A stretch of DNA of 59,453 nucleotides, filler included, from Basidiobolus ranarum (GCA_040143965.1; 6 parts of 6 records of this genome joined end to end with filler, not necessarily neighbours in it), one strand, 5' to 3'; shown: positions 1-12,415, counted from the first letter of the whole stretch. Notes: a model not told the origin generated them from the letters alone. Numbers and translations are program-made.

Positions 1-836
1 ACAGCCAAAAGTCAAGATACTGTGAAGTAATCACAGTTATATGACCAGAATGATGTAGGTCAAAATGCAACTTAGGCAAACCAGTAAGTGCACACAACTT
101 TGAGGACTTGCTGCTAGATATTGATCTTGGTTAATCCAGTACCAATAGTAGTACATCAGAAGTTCAAGAAGAAGACAATGGTTTTGTTATAGACTCTTTG
201 TTATTGGCAAACATTAGTCCACTCATAACAATTACTTTAAAGGAAGCAGCTTTGATTATTGAGGAGTGGAGAGTTCAATCCAATCTTAGCAACCAGCTGT
301 TTATTGGTTTGCTTACACTTTTACCACAGTTGATTGGCAACTGTTGCTTGCCATAGACCTGGTACAAGAGGAAAACACTTGTCAGTTGTATGACTTATAA
401 ATCTTCAGTAATTAAACTACCTTCATGTCCAAATGGTTGTTTGGCTTTCACTGGTGATCTGAAAAACCCAAAGTCATGTACTATTTGCACACAATTGGCA
501 ATCACTGTATCAGGTAAATATTGTTCATATTTGGCTTGCATACCATTGATTACCCATCTCAAAGTTTTGCTGAAATGACCCAAGTATAGAATATTAACCT
601 AATACCAAAGTACTTGTTGTAAAGCTGATGGTATTACCAACATACCTGAAGGATATCACTATCAGAATCTGAAAAGTCAAGGTTTCCTTGAGAACAAATA
701 TGATTATGCATTTGCATTGGCTCTGGATGGTTTCTCACTTAACAAATATACCATTGGAAAGGCTTGCTGGCCAATAATTTTAATCAACTTAAATCTTCCT
801 CCTTTTGAATGGTAACAGAGTCATAATATTTTGATA
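1..836 (+). mobile_element. Degenerate CACTA/EnSpm-type (Transposase_21-like) transposase fragment
   Basis: Fragments SCPNGCLAFTGDLKNPKSCTIC, YLACIPLITHLKVLLK and AFALALDGFSLNKYTIGKACWPIILINLNLPPFEW*QSHNILI match Tnp2 motifs (C-P-x2-C..CxxC; DGF..WP..NLPP). Stops and frameshifts present; no CpG seen in 1-836. Confidence 0.8.
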
Positions 837-837
837 C

Positions 838-2935
838 GCATTGTTAGCGTTAGTGTTCGTGTCAAGGGTCCCAGGTCTCACGCGAATAATTTTGGTTCCA
901 GAGAATAAAAAATGCTTCGCAAGATTGGGATGAACATTAGATACCGATAAATCCATCTCTAATAAAGCACTGTTTACAACGGGAATCTTGGAAACAGGGA
1001 CACTTTCACCTAGAGTCCACGATTGTATTAATACTGAGACGTAACTATGCAACTGAATATGATCAAATACCTGTAAGCATGCTCTCATTAATTATACAAT
1101 CCCCATCTAGTAGAATCCCGTCACAAGGAAAGTTTGCAAATTCCTCTGTATTGACCTCAAATACATCACCGGGAACTAGGTCCTCCGAAGAAATCAACCG
1201 CCCTATGTGGTAAGGGCATGATATAATTAGTGGTGAATTGTGGAACTCAGTGGTTGGCTTCAGCATACGTACAGTGATCATTTCTATATACTTTAATATC
1301 ACATACGAATCGAGACATTTCGCTCATTCTGCGCGTATTCTATTCATATAGCAAGGCTTAGAATTCGAATAAAGTTTACCAAAGCTGTATGTATTGATTT
1401 CGGAAATACCTTGCGTGTTTCAACCAAAGTCGTTACAATGGAGGATGCGGAAATGATAAAGATGCAAATAGCATAGTAGAGGTAGTCATCAAGCATCCAT
1501 AGGGTTACGCTAAATATTTGGAATACGTAGAAGGGATGCAAAACCTAACATGAAGCAATGTGTTGTCCATGAGTATCAACATCACGTGTGCCTATTAACT
1601 GCCAAGCATTAAATGTACCTCGTCGGTCAATAGTTGCATTATAGGCTTCTCTTTAATCGCGATAACGTTATCACCAAAGACAAGCTTTCGCTCGTTTAAT
1701 AATTCCCGGGTCAGCCCCCGTTTGCAATTATAAATATTCACCCAAGCCTTATCCTTCCAATGACTAAAATATAAAGTTAACTGGGAGAAGAGGGCAGAAT
1801 CTCTCAAGATATCACACTGCTTACCTATTCTGAACGAACTTTTGGAGAAGAGGGTGGAATATAAAACGAATGTATTTGTAGTCGAAGTAATCTAGCTGTG
1901 ATAAGCTTTTTTCTGCAACCTAATGGAAAGATGGATTTTTACGGATTAAACGATCGCTCCTCAAGAGATAGTGCTTGTAAGGGTATTTACCTCAGGATTA
2001 CATATGAATACGCTTCCTAGAGATCCACCGTAATATCTTCGATGTATTTTTTCAATCTCAATATCTCCCCATTCATTCTATAGAGAAATTCTAGTTAATT
2101 GAACGCTACAAGCTATCTATATAGTACGAAAGATATGAAATGCCCATACTTCAACAACAAGCCACTCTGCTGAGTCTAGATTACAAGTCTCAGCAGTTAG
2201 ATATATCCAAAATCGAGGAATCCAGCGGCCAACTAGAGCCAATACACCTGCAGTAAGAAAGCACAAAACATAATATCCATAGGTCCAGAGTTTGAGTGAT
2301 CGATAGCCAGTTACAACAAAACGCAGGTCTTCTTCCTCCAAAACAATCTCCTGTTCATAGGGAAGACGTAAAATACTTTCCGGGTATGAGGCTCTACTTG
2401 TACTTCCATTTTCTATGGGAAGTGAAACGGTTTGAATAGCGCTTCGAGTATCCAGAGAAGACGTTTCAGAGAGATCATCAGAGACCTCCTCCTCTGAGTC
2501 TGAGGAATCCTCATTTCGATGGTCATTTTCACTTTCACTGACGTCGTTATCTCCTCCTCGTCGATGAAAACTGGAGGAGAAACTCAGAGGCAAAGAACTC
2601 TCGTTTTTTCCGGCCAATAAGGAGAAAGAGTGAGCAGTCATAGAAGGGGAGGGAGAGGGGGAAGGAGAAGCATTCAGTCTGGGATTAATAAGTGGTGTGT
2701 GTGAGTTTCTACGGCTTCTGGTTCTCGATGTGTATGTTTCAATAGGGGTCATCAAGCTTAGCGAAGAGCCTTGAAGCTCAGGACCACTATCATGTCGCGA
2801 TTTTCTATGTGAATTAATAGGTATGCCCTCTGGCCCAGAAGTTTCCCTCCAGCTTAAAGAGCTATTTTGTTGGTTTGTTGTGTCATTAAACTGTTGGTAC
2901 TCAAGGTCTGGTTCAGAAGTATTTGATGTTCCCAT
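838..2935 (-). CDS. P5B-type cation/polyamine-transporting ATPase (Ypk9/ATP13A-like), 5' part only, about 8 exons
   Basis: Spliced translation gives P5-ATPase N domain ([12 protein letters not shown]), [67 protein letters not shown] introns throughout. The P and N domains are absent because the gene runs into the transposase relic. Confidence 0.88.
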
Positions 2936-4209
2936 GACATCAACTATCAGTCAAACAAAAGGTCACAAAATGTGTACTTCGAAGGACAGTTACAGTGACG
3001 AACTCAAAAAGGAATATTCTTTGGACTGTTGTCACGAACTCCGAGCTGTAAAAGAAGTCAAAAGAAAGTTCAATCTGGGAAACTCTTGAAGGTTATCGAA
3101 GAGTAATTAAAGAAGGGCACAAGCGATTCAGAACTCTTATGACACTGATACACATTCTAAATGTTCAGAATTTTCTAAATCAATAAATCATTCATGAGGT
3201 AGAAATGATCGCAAACAGGTAATACTGATCATAGAGCAGCAATAATACGTGTGATAGACTCCGCAATGCTGACAATTCGGAAATCAAAAAACCATATCCT
3301 GCAATAGTTTCGATATTCGTGGAAACAGCAAAACTTATCGACTACTGATATGGGCTAGTTACAAATCCCATGAAATTCGTAATGAAAAACCTAGAAACTG
3401 GCCTTAGAAACACATGTGTGGATTGGCATTCAGATCTATTGTTTCATCCAACGAAAGGTATGAGCACGCAAGCGGACAGAATGTGGTTCTACAAAGAGAT
3501 GCTTGAGGTGACACGCCTTACTGGATTCATCAGTGACAACAGTAGGGAATTACACGCTGTGATAGACTCCAGAAATAACACTAATCGAGTAAGGAAGTAG
3601 TCATAATGAGCTAGCTGTACGTCATAGATGTTAAGCTTGAAATGCATAACCTATTTGGACAAGATTCATGTGGCTTGATCTGATTATAAGCCAAAACTAG
3701 CAGCAAAGCGCATCAAAACGAGTAGCTGGCCTCTAGCATCCACTCCCAACAACTCGATATACATGATGGGAAGTGCATGTGATCGCACCAGAATGCGCTT
3801 CGTTTGTCACGGGCTTTTTGTAGACACCTTCAACGTCACTCACCACTACTAGTGGGTTGAGAAGTCTTCGTTGGTTGGCCATAATTGATAGGTGATTTTA
3901 CGAATTTGTCCATACATCTCAAGCCCGGAGATCAAAATAGTTAGATGCAGATTTTGTAGCCTTATAGGGCAAATATACTGAGAGTATGAGTCAACGCCGC
4001 AATACTACTACACAACAGACGATGTTATGCGGATGGAAAGAAGCAGCATAGGTCACATGACACCGTAGAAAGGGGAGTTAGAAGCAAACTTTATTCTGAA
4101 GAGGCTCTCTCAGCATCAAAGGGAGCCAGAATTAATGCGAATATGTAAAACGTGTACGCAAAAAATACATAATTTGATAACGAGTGCACTGAGGGATAAA
4201 AAACCGAGA

Positions 4210-4706
4210 TTAACGGTAGGATTTTTGGTATCTGGCACGAGCACCAGGACCTCCGAATTTCTTTGGTTCGCAACGTCTAGGATCGGCAACGAGTAAAGTT
4301 CTGTCGTAGGCGATAAGCTTTTCCTTGATCTCCTTCTTGGAAGCCTCATCCACAAACTTTTGATAGAAAGCAACGATGGCTTTAGCGATGGCTTGACGGA
4401 TGGCATAAATCTGAGAAGTGTGACCACCACCACGAACACGAACGCGGATATCGACATTAGCAAACTTGTCCTCCCCGAGAATAAGGATAGGCTCGTAAAC
4501 TTTGAATTTGAGAATTTCTGGTTCAACAAGTTCAATTGGAGAACCGTTGATACGGATCATACCCTTTCCGCTCTTGCAGAAAGCAACGGCAGTGGCAGTT
4601 TTCTAAGAGTGATCAATGGGTAAAAAAGATATAGATCAGTCGTGCTTTAGGTGTTCCGACAAGGTGAGCATTTTACCTTACGACCAAAAGTCTGTACAGC
4701 TTGCAT
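4210..4706 (-). CDS. RPS16: 40S ribosomal protein S16 (uS9); exons 4706-4677 and 4602-4210
   Basis: [32 protein letters not shown]...[17 protein letters not shown]...[25 protein letters not shown]; canonical intron 4676-4603. Confidence 0.98.
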
Positions 4707-5836
4707 GACGAAGGCTAAGTTGAAAATGAATTATGTTAAAGCGAGATAATGGTGATTCGACAGTAAGTTCCGAGGTACGAAAATATAATCGGGTGCATTG
4801 AAGATACTATAGTAGAGTTAAGCAATACAAGTTCACTGATATAGGATGGATGTATATGCCACGCTACCTTATGAAAATATTTGCACTGACCGAGTCCAGA
4901 AGAGAGGGAAAGTTATGCATTATCATGGATCTTTTGTCAAGCATCGCGAAAAAATTTGATAGATTTTTTCAATGTCATGGATTAAATGAGAGTATTTATT
5001 AGTGTCAGTAAGCCATTATGATGTATATATGTACATATATCACTGGTATCAAGCAGTGCAGAGCCTTAGAGAGGGATTTTTGTATGGCGAAGACCTGAAG
5101 CTAGATGTTAATCACGCAACAAAGCTTGACTTTCTACTATCATACTGATGAGTTGCAGATGTGGCATTTGAAAAATGCCGCTACTCTAGAAAGGGGTTGG
5201 CTTTTTAGTATATAGGTTAATCCAACTATGCCTTCACATCCTTCTCTGTTAATTTGAATGAATAACTTGAGATGTTAATACCAAAAGCTCAACAATCCTA
5301 TTAGTTAGTATTTGATAGAATAGTCCAAATAATTAATAAGGATTGTTAACCCAAATACTAAGACTTGGTTTCGACATGGTGCAATTACAGGAAGCTTACT
5401 TAAGTTCGAAAAGCTAGCTTTGTTTCTCGCTACTGCCTAGATACGAAGACTTGTGAGCCATAATTCACTCTCAAACACAGCCTAGTGAAAAAAATGTTTC
5501 TAAACTGACTTCGACTACTATCATAGATATAGTTTCGTGATTAGTAGTACATATATTTATATTTATAATTCCAAGAGTTAGTATACTAAGATCGAGGCGA
5601 GACATGATAACATTCTTGGCAAGAACGACGGAGAAAAGAAATCAATACTCTTTTTGTTGAGTCTTTGCTACTTTCATAGTATGTAGTAGCCAAAGTTGAT
5701 CTCGCTATGAATAAAAACAGAGTATGTTAGGAATAGGAAAATCTAGAAAAACTAAACTGCTTTCTCACATTTTTCATATTCCAAAGACATTTAACACTAA
5801 AAAGTTGGTTTCTGTAACTCTTTGGAGTATATTAAG

Positions 5837-7045
5837 ATGTCCGGCAACATGATCAAGAGCAAAACCGCGAACCAATTTGCTATCACTCCCAATACAATGC
5901 TCTTCATGATCTCAACCATTTGTCAATATGTTAATATCAATAATAAGCATCTGCAAAGGCTCCGATCAGAGTATCAGTAAAATCTTGTAGAACTTGGTTC
6001 TCACAGACGTTCTAGTAACCGAGACGAAGTTCTCTATCGGTTTAAGGGCTCAGTTTGAACACTTCCAGCTAATAGGTCGGTAGAACTCGGTGTAAGCATT
6101 TAACAAAGAAGTACTTTAGTTTCTTTTTTAGCCAGATCGAATCCACCAGTGACGACGCTAAGGCAAAGGCTTTCAGAAATGTAACTTTCAACTTGATTCA
6201 GAGCAAAGATTCCACCGTTGTTGGTGAGCTTTTAAACAAGATAAGCCTAAGGTCATAAACTAAAGTCTTACCATTCGCTTAAGAGAACTTTACCGTCTTT
6301 GGCCGACTTAACCAAATCCTTCAACAAACCTAATAGGATGCATAGTTTGATATGTTGATACCTCACACGCAACATGTAAAAAACTTACATTTTGGTTGTA
6401 CCCTAAGTTCAAACATCTGGACGGATTAATTGGCTGGGCAGCAACGGCCTTAATACGCAAAGGTCGGTTAGTTTTAGACGTTCTCTGATGTCGATACTAT
6501 TGAATGTATATTAGACATTTGTACATTGATGTTTTCTTTGTAACTGGTGGTATTTAGGGTGGCAAATGCCGTCTAGCTTAATATCAAAATAGCAAAAACC
6601 CGTTATCTTTCAGCACAGGTATGTTGCACCAAAAGACCAAGTGAAAATGTGGCTTTTTTCTAGACTCCTCTGCGATTCCTGGCTGAAGGATATGGAAATA
6701 AATCCTTCGAGATTGCACAGGCTCAAAAACGCCTCTTTGTTTACAATGCGTACCAGTAACAGATTCTACCAAGATATTACACGCTGCTGATCCTTTTAGT
6801 ATTCTCGGACCCGAAGTTGATGTCATCATGTCGGATGAACTTATATGGGCACAATAGTTTGTCGTCAAAGGGCTCATTGATTGAGATTCGTCTTCGAAGG
6901 TCCCAGCCGGATCCCATATCATCTTGGTACGCTTTGTTGAAGGCTGATCTTTTCGATTTATTGTTCCAGGGAAGCAATCAATATTTCCAGCTAATCATCT
7001 ATGTTTACCAGGGCGGTAGTCATCCAAGTTTCGTTGCAACCAGTA
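5837..7045 (+). pseudogene. Degraded multi-exon gene of unknown family
   Basis: Exon-like blocks with GT/AG borders (about 5991-6091, 6132-6223, 6284 onward, 6577-6618, 6664-7042) read as protein-like (QIESTSDDAKAKAFRNVTFNLIQ; TPLRFLAEGYGNKSFEIAQAQKRLFVYNAY) but carry several in-frame stops and frameshifts. Confidence 0.4.
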
Positions 7046-7591
7046 AGCACTTGCATCCATGCGCTCAGTTTTCTCTCTGATAGCCATTCATATTGACGTT
7101 CTGGATTGAGATAGAGATTCAAGAGGTAATCAGAACACATAAGGCAAAGATTACGACGTTATGGCTTTAGGTTGTATACTTTAAGCGTATATCTCCTGAT
7201 TCTGACTTGGAGTAGAAAACAAACTTGTCCTTTCATGGATATGCCGATAGAAGAGTTTACCTTATGGTAAGGTTGTTTCAGCAAAACCCTAGCAACAATC
7301 AACTAATGGGAGTATCCGAAATATCTACAACGGTTCAAAAGATATATAGTGTACTATGATGGAGTGTAACATATAACGAGCACAAAACAATAAGTATGTC
7401 TGGTAAATGTATTGGTTTGACAGGTTTTTATATTGCTTCCAATGCACAGCGTACACTAGAAGCTAGTGTATATTTGATCATTGAGAAAGGTATAAGGTAA
7501 AGAACAATCGTTATTCGGGTGATGTAGGAATATAAATTAATAATAAGAATACCAGGAGACAAATGGCTTGTCTCGCTTAGTGCTTCATGCT

Positions 7592-8562
7592 TTAATTCCC
7601 TTTAGGTTTGAAATCAGAATGGTCCTTATGAGCTAGAAAAGGGGATAGAAAATGTATGAGGAAGAGATAAACCTGGTTTGATGTGTGGAGTTAAACACTT
7701 ACCCTTGTAATAGGTGGCTTGGAATTCAACTTCCTTGACGGAGTCTTTGATCTTTTGGACAATATCAGTCTCATTCATGTGTCTGGCATTGCTGTTCCAA
7801 ACCTGAATGATATCGGCATTCCAACGGGAACTGACGGAAATACCACAGACTTCATCATCTAGAGCAAATATTTTAATACTCATTCAACAGGGCCACTAAA
7901 AAGTAGTGAAAAAAATTACCTCCTCGAAGAGTATCTTCAAATTGCTCACCAATAATGAGCATCAACAACTCACGCCAAACCACATTGGAATCTTCCTTTC
8001 TCACACGGAAACAGTAAGAACCACCATATTCATTTTTAGGATCCTCCCTGTTAAGTAGATAATTCAGGTAAGTATTCATATAACTGTCACGGATAGAGTA
8101 ATCATCCGGAGTTAACTAACCAAATGGGCTTAATTCCTTTTTTCATAAAATGGAGACTGTTTTTGTTTTGCAACTTCTCAGGAGTCAACAAGTTGTTGTA
8201 GACCCTCCAAAATTCCTGTCAAAAAAACAGTATTCGTAAAGATGTAAAAATATCATCGACAGATGTGATGACCTACCTGGACAGTACTGACAGTGTACAA
8301 GTTTTGTAAATTGGTCTCATAATCTGAGGCATTTTGGGAATAAACAAATCTGGTGGAAAGTAGAGAAAAGGTGGACATTAGTTGGTAATCTGCCGTAATG
8401 GCAACACAACCAATTCGAAGTTTGAAACAGAAGTTCAGTGAAACCATACTTGTCATGCCAAAAAGTCCACTCATGTTGCAAAGGGATGGCCTCCTTCAAA
8501 AGATCAGTTTTATCTTGAGAGATGTTCTCACCAGTAGCATCTTGAGAAATGAGGGTCGACAT
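7592..8562 (-). CDS. Translation initiation factor eIF4E, class III (eIF4E3)-like; exons 8562-8450, 8349-8277, 8215-8121, 8047-7920, 7858-7703, 7632-7592
   Basis: Spliced: PLQHEWTFWHDK..DYETNLQNLYTVSTVQEFWRVYNN..HFMKKGIKPIWEDPKNEYGG..VWRELLMLIIGEQF..DDEVCGISVSSR..IQVWN..YYKAHKDHSDF; all junctions GT-AG and in phase. Confidence 0.93.
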
Positions 8563-9838
8563 TTTTGTTTTCTTTCAAATAATGAACAGACAAAAACGAA
8601 CGGAAAAAACTCTCGCTCGAGCACGTTGTTATTTTAAGTGTACGCTCCTCTCACTAACCCCTGGATCAAAGAAACTTGGGTCCAACCACGACAAAAAAAT
8701 TATCTTGATCAAGTCATTCTAATTGATTAATAGTATTGAATTTTCAAAGTGCATAAATAATTGTTTTTCCATTACTCAATGCTTAAATTCTAAACTCATA
8801 CTTAGTCATGTTACATGGATCACATACTAATATATTAACTGATGTATTGTCATACGACAGAACAAACTTCAAATCGTTTACCTGATATGCCTCGACTAAT
8901 CGGAATGTCTATAGCCACACTGCATAATATATTATTTCTACTACAGTAATAACAAAGTACCAGGTGACGCCCAAAATCATAACATTTATTCAGTAAGTAT
9001 ATATGCTCATCTAACAAATCGACTAATTCTCTTGTCCAAAGATTTAGAATTCTATAAACCGACTACTTCACGATAATATAATGAGAAGGCTCAAAAGGTT
9101 TGATTAATAATACCCAAAAGGCTGACAGTCAAAGCTAAATGGAACGCACCCTATATTTCGTACTCTATGCAATAGGCCCTGTAGTACAGTTAGGAGCTTG
9201 TAATTCTCCATACAAACAAAGATACAGTTGACGTATATCCAACCTATGTTCTACCTACTTATCGTTTGAATTCCTGGGCTTCCATCCTGACGCAATTTTG
9301 TTCAAATAACTGCTTCTTTCAAAGCGTAAAACTTCGCGCACCTAACCGCCCCATCTCAATTTTCCAACTGTCCGAGAATCGCAATTCGACGAGAGCTAGG
9401 TAGACCTTTTCAACTTTTTTAGAAAAGTATTGAGGCATCTTGTCACTATCTAGGTATCACATGCTTGTTTACTTGCCACTGTGCACCCATATAGTGCTAA
9501 ATCTCAAAACAATTACGCAACTGTAAAGTTAACACCACTATTCGAAGTAGTCATGTATTTTTGCTAGGACGCTTATTACTCCAAATACTGTCACACCTCT
9601 TTCTGTTTGTTGGATAGGATGGCACACCTCGGCTCTGCCAGTATTGGACTTACGGATATGGTATCTTTTCGAGCTCAATGACACCTTCGAGATACATGTT
9701 ATATGCTACCATTATTAGACCTCAAAGCCTGGTGGTTATATTGAGAGAAAGAAAGCGGAGAGCGAAAGCATTTGTAGGTGCGATCATTGTTCCTATGTCT
9801 GACATAACCTTGGTGAAGTTTTGGAAAATAGGTTACTG

Positions 9839-9938
9839 NNNNNNNNNNNNNNNNNNNNNNNNNNNNNNNNNNNNNNNNNNNNTTAATTAATTAANNNNNN
9901 NNNNNNNNNNNNNNNNNNNNNNNNNNNNNNNNNNNNNN
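9839..9938. other. Artificial contig linker (N run + TTAATTAATTAA + N run)
   Basis: Six-frame stop linker, 100 nt, repeated identically five times in the window. Confidence 0.99.
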
Positions 9939-11138
9939 AATCCCACTGATCATACAAACATGGCCAGTGAGCTTGGAAGGTCTAGTGAATTTGGAGCCAA
10001 CTCAGGGTTGGACTCCAGCACCCACGGTGATAAACATCATTCTAGTCATGTGGTAAACGCTCTAGGCTCTGGAGCTGCTAGTGGAATGGCAAGCGGTGCA
10101 CCCATTCTTCCTACCTATCAAGAAAGTAGTGCACAAAGAGATAGTGCAGTTGATCGAAGTATCGGAGGTCATGCTAACTTTGGTCACGGAGTTAATTCCG
10201 CTTTGTCTGATAACCACGAAACAGTCAAACCACACTATGGCGAGTTTACAACTCAAGAAGTACTGACTGATAGCTTTGGCAACCCATCACGTAAATCGAG
10301 ACCTACAGACACCAAACTCGTAGAGTCTAACGAAATTACTGATGTTACAGGGCATGGTCAGATTGGCCATAATGATCCTAATAGTATTCGCAGTCACAGT
10401 ACAAATAGTACCTTTGACCCCACCAACCCTTTATCTGAACCCTTTCGTGAAGCTGGGGTGCCCAGTGTAGCCCACAACCATGATGATTCACTTACTCCTT
10501 CTCTTCAATCGTTCGCTCACAACTCGGGATCGAATCACCATAGGGTTGACGATAAGGTTCATAGCCATTCTAGCACTCTTGGAACTGGAGGTGTCGCTGT
10601 TGGCTCTAGTTTGAGTAATTTGGTAGATAGAGATGACCGTTCTGAACATTACAACAATCATTCTACTCACACTCAGGGGGGTGTAAAAGTACCAGATGTT
10701 GATAATCGTAACTTGAATATAGCTGACTCAAATAACGAGAGAATCCATGATACATCTTTGAGACGTGACAATGCTCTGAGCGACTCTTCTCGTATTGGTT
10801 CAAAGGATGCATTAAGTAGCGAGCACAGTCTTTCCAACCGCGGTCCAGGCGTTAATCTAGAGACTAACGATCATCTTTCTCAAAAAGATTTCTCTGGCAG
10901 AAGCCATAATGAGAATGGATTAAGTGATGCAACCAACAATACTCCTATCCATCGTGATGACTCTACTGATGCGGAAACAGGCACTGCCTCTGCGTTGGGT
11001 AGTATGCTCCTGGGAAAAATCAAGCAAGCAGCTGGCTCTATATTAGGAAATGAACAGTTGAAATCAGAAGGTCAAGCAACTCATGGTCAGGCCAGAGAAA
11101 ATCTTCATGAGGCTAGAGATATGCATACGTCGAACTAA
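9939..11138 (+). CDS. Ser/His/Asn/Asp-rich hydrophilic low-complexity protein with C-terminal CsbD-like motif (stress protein); probably 5'-truncated
   Basis: Frame is open from the contig start (first ATG 9960). C-terminus LGKIKQAAGSILGNEQLKSEGQATHGQARE fits the CsbD pattern GK.KE..G...GN..L..EG....G. Confidence 0.7.
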   Translation, partial: NPTDHTNMASELGRSSEFGANSGLDSSTHGDKHHSSHVVNALGSGAASGMASGAPILPTYQESSAQRDSAVDRSIGGHANFGHGVNSALSDNHETVKPHYGEFTTQEVLTDSFGNPSRKSRPTDTKLVESNEITDVTGHGQIGHNDPNSIRSHSTNSTFDPTNPLSEPFREAGVPSVAHNHDDSLTPSLQSFAHNSGSNHHRVDDKVHSHSSTLGTGGVAVGSSLSNLVDRDDRSEHYNNHSTHTQGGVKVPDVDNRNLNIADSNNERIHDTSLRRDNALSDSSRIGSKDALSSEHSLSNRGPGVNLETNDHLSQKDFSGRSHNENGLSDATNNTPIHRDDSTDAETGTASALGSMLLGKIKQAAGSILGNEQLKSEGQATHGQARENLHEARDMHTSN

Positions 11139-11617
11139 GTATCTCGTCAACAATGTAAACAGAAATAACTTTGATGTGTACTTATTAATTTTGTCTGACA
11201 CTAAAATAAATCACATAACCAGTATTCTACAATTTGCATATATTCCAATCAATAGCATCTATGATAGATTATTCTTGAGAACTGATACATAGCTCTATTC
11301 TTGATAACATACCTCATCTAGCTATACTGATGGTATTCGTTTCAAATAGATCTAACCAGGTTAGTGGTCTAATGTAGCCTAATTCTGAATCTATGCATTT
11401 GAACAAAGGTAAGTAGGGCTAAACCACAGAACTGACTTTTAGTGATATACGAGTTAAACATCACTGGTAGTAGTAGTCAATAAGTAAAAAACAAAGGATA
11501 TTTTCCATAGACTGCTTTTAAACAAGCAACTTGGTGCTCCAATATATATCGTTTGGAGCACATTACTAGATCATTAAACAATGAGCGTGGTATCTTATAG
11601 AAAGAAACATCCAAAAC

Positions 11618-11690
11618 CAACCCAACCGGGGGTCGAACCCGGGGCCTTCCGCTTAGGAGGCGGACGCTCTATCCACTGAGCTACAGGGCC
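11618..11690 (-). tRNA. tRNA-Arg(CCT)
   Basis: GGCCCTGTAGCTCAGTGGATAGAGCG TCCGC-CTCCTAA-GCGGA AGGCC CCGGG-TTCGACC-CCCGG TTGGGTTG; D, anticodon and T arms pair, acceptor stem weak (3 GU, 1 UU). Confidence 0.85.
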
Positions 11691-11701
11691 TTACATGTTG
11701 T

Positions 11702-11979
11702 TGTTACAAAATTGGATTATCAGACAAAAGCGATGGCAATTTTGGAGACAACATAATGTCTCAATCAACTCAATATTTCGTACACATATAAAGCATAAGC
11801 AAACCTTGACCTTCACCCAGTTTCATATCTACACCTTTCCCACACGTCTCGCAATCACCGAAACAAGAAAAGAAATGCAAATATCTCCAGAACTACTGGA
11901 CGAAAAGTTAATCAGTTAAGTAGGAATCAGTGAATCAAGTCCCGAAATTGCACTCACCTCAGGAACCAGCCTCAATATC
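11702..11979 (+). mobile_element. Solo-LTR-like element, internally deleted copy, upstream of tRNA-Arg
   Basis: Starts TGTTAC and aligns by eye with the reverse complement of 16112-16606 (shared AATTGGATTA, GCGATGGCAA, GACCTTCACC, ATATCTCCAGAACT, GGAATCAGTGAATCAAGTCCCGAAATTG); lacks about 220 bp of the middle. 3' end approximate. Confidence 0.75.
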
Positions 11980-12415
11980 TATGGGATAAGAATCATAAAA
12001 CAAGATGTAATATACAATAAATTAGTCCATCGCTTGGATTGTTTAAGATACAGAAAAGTGGTTCTTGTTTCACAGAAGTATAATTTCGAAAAATAATTGC
12101 TATTCACATTTGTGTTTTCCTTGGGATGCTCATCTTTTTAATTAGAGAATGAATGTAGAAACTTTATCGTCCATTGCAGTAGGAGTTCTCTTTACTTAAT
12201 AGTAATCCATTAATTATATTACAATGATCCACTCTTATTCGGCATGCAAGCAAGGACATACTGAGAAAGAACAAGAATAATATTTCAAGCGTGATGTCCA
12301 AAAGATCGGTAGTTTAACCTTCAACGGTTATGATATCATAGTATGTTTGAACTTAGAATTCATGTTGGCTACTGTTAACCTCTTCAGTTAAATTGTTCAA
12401 AATTTTCTAACTTCA

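Noticed and set aside
3250-3570. Repeated TGTGATAGACTCC and scattered ATGA/CTGA motifs suggesting a C/D snoRNA cluster
   Set aside because: No complete C box/D box pair with terminal stem and no exact rRNA antisense element found.
4091-4623. Overlapping alternative-frame and antisense ORFs at RPS16 (similar shadows occur at the subtilisin, GH20, RRM and TRF4 genes)
   Set aside because: Shadow ORFs produced by codon bias of the real genes.
6056-6058. Single in-frame TGA in an exon-like block
   Set aside because: The same relic also has TAA/TAG stops and frameshifts, so pseudogenisation is more likely than recoding.
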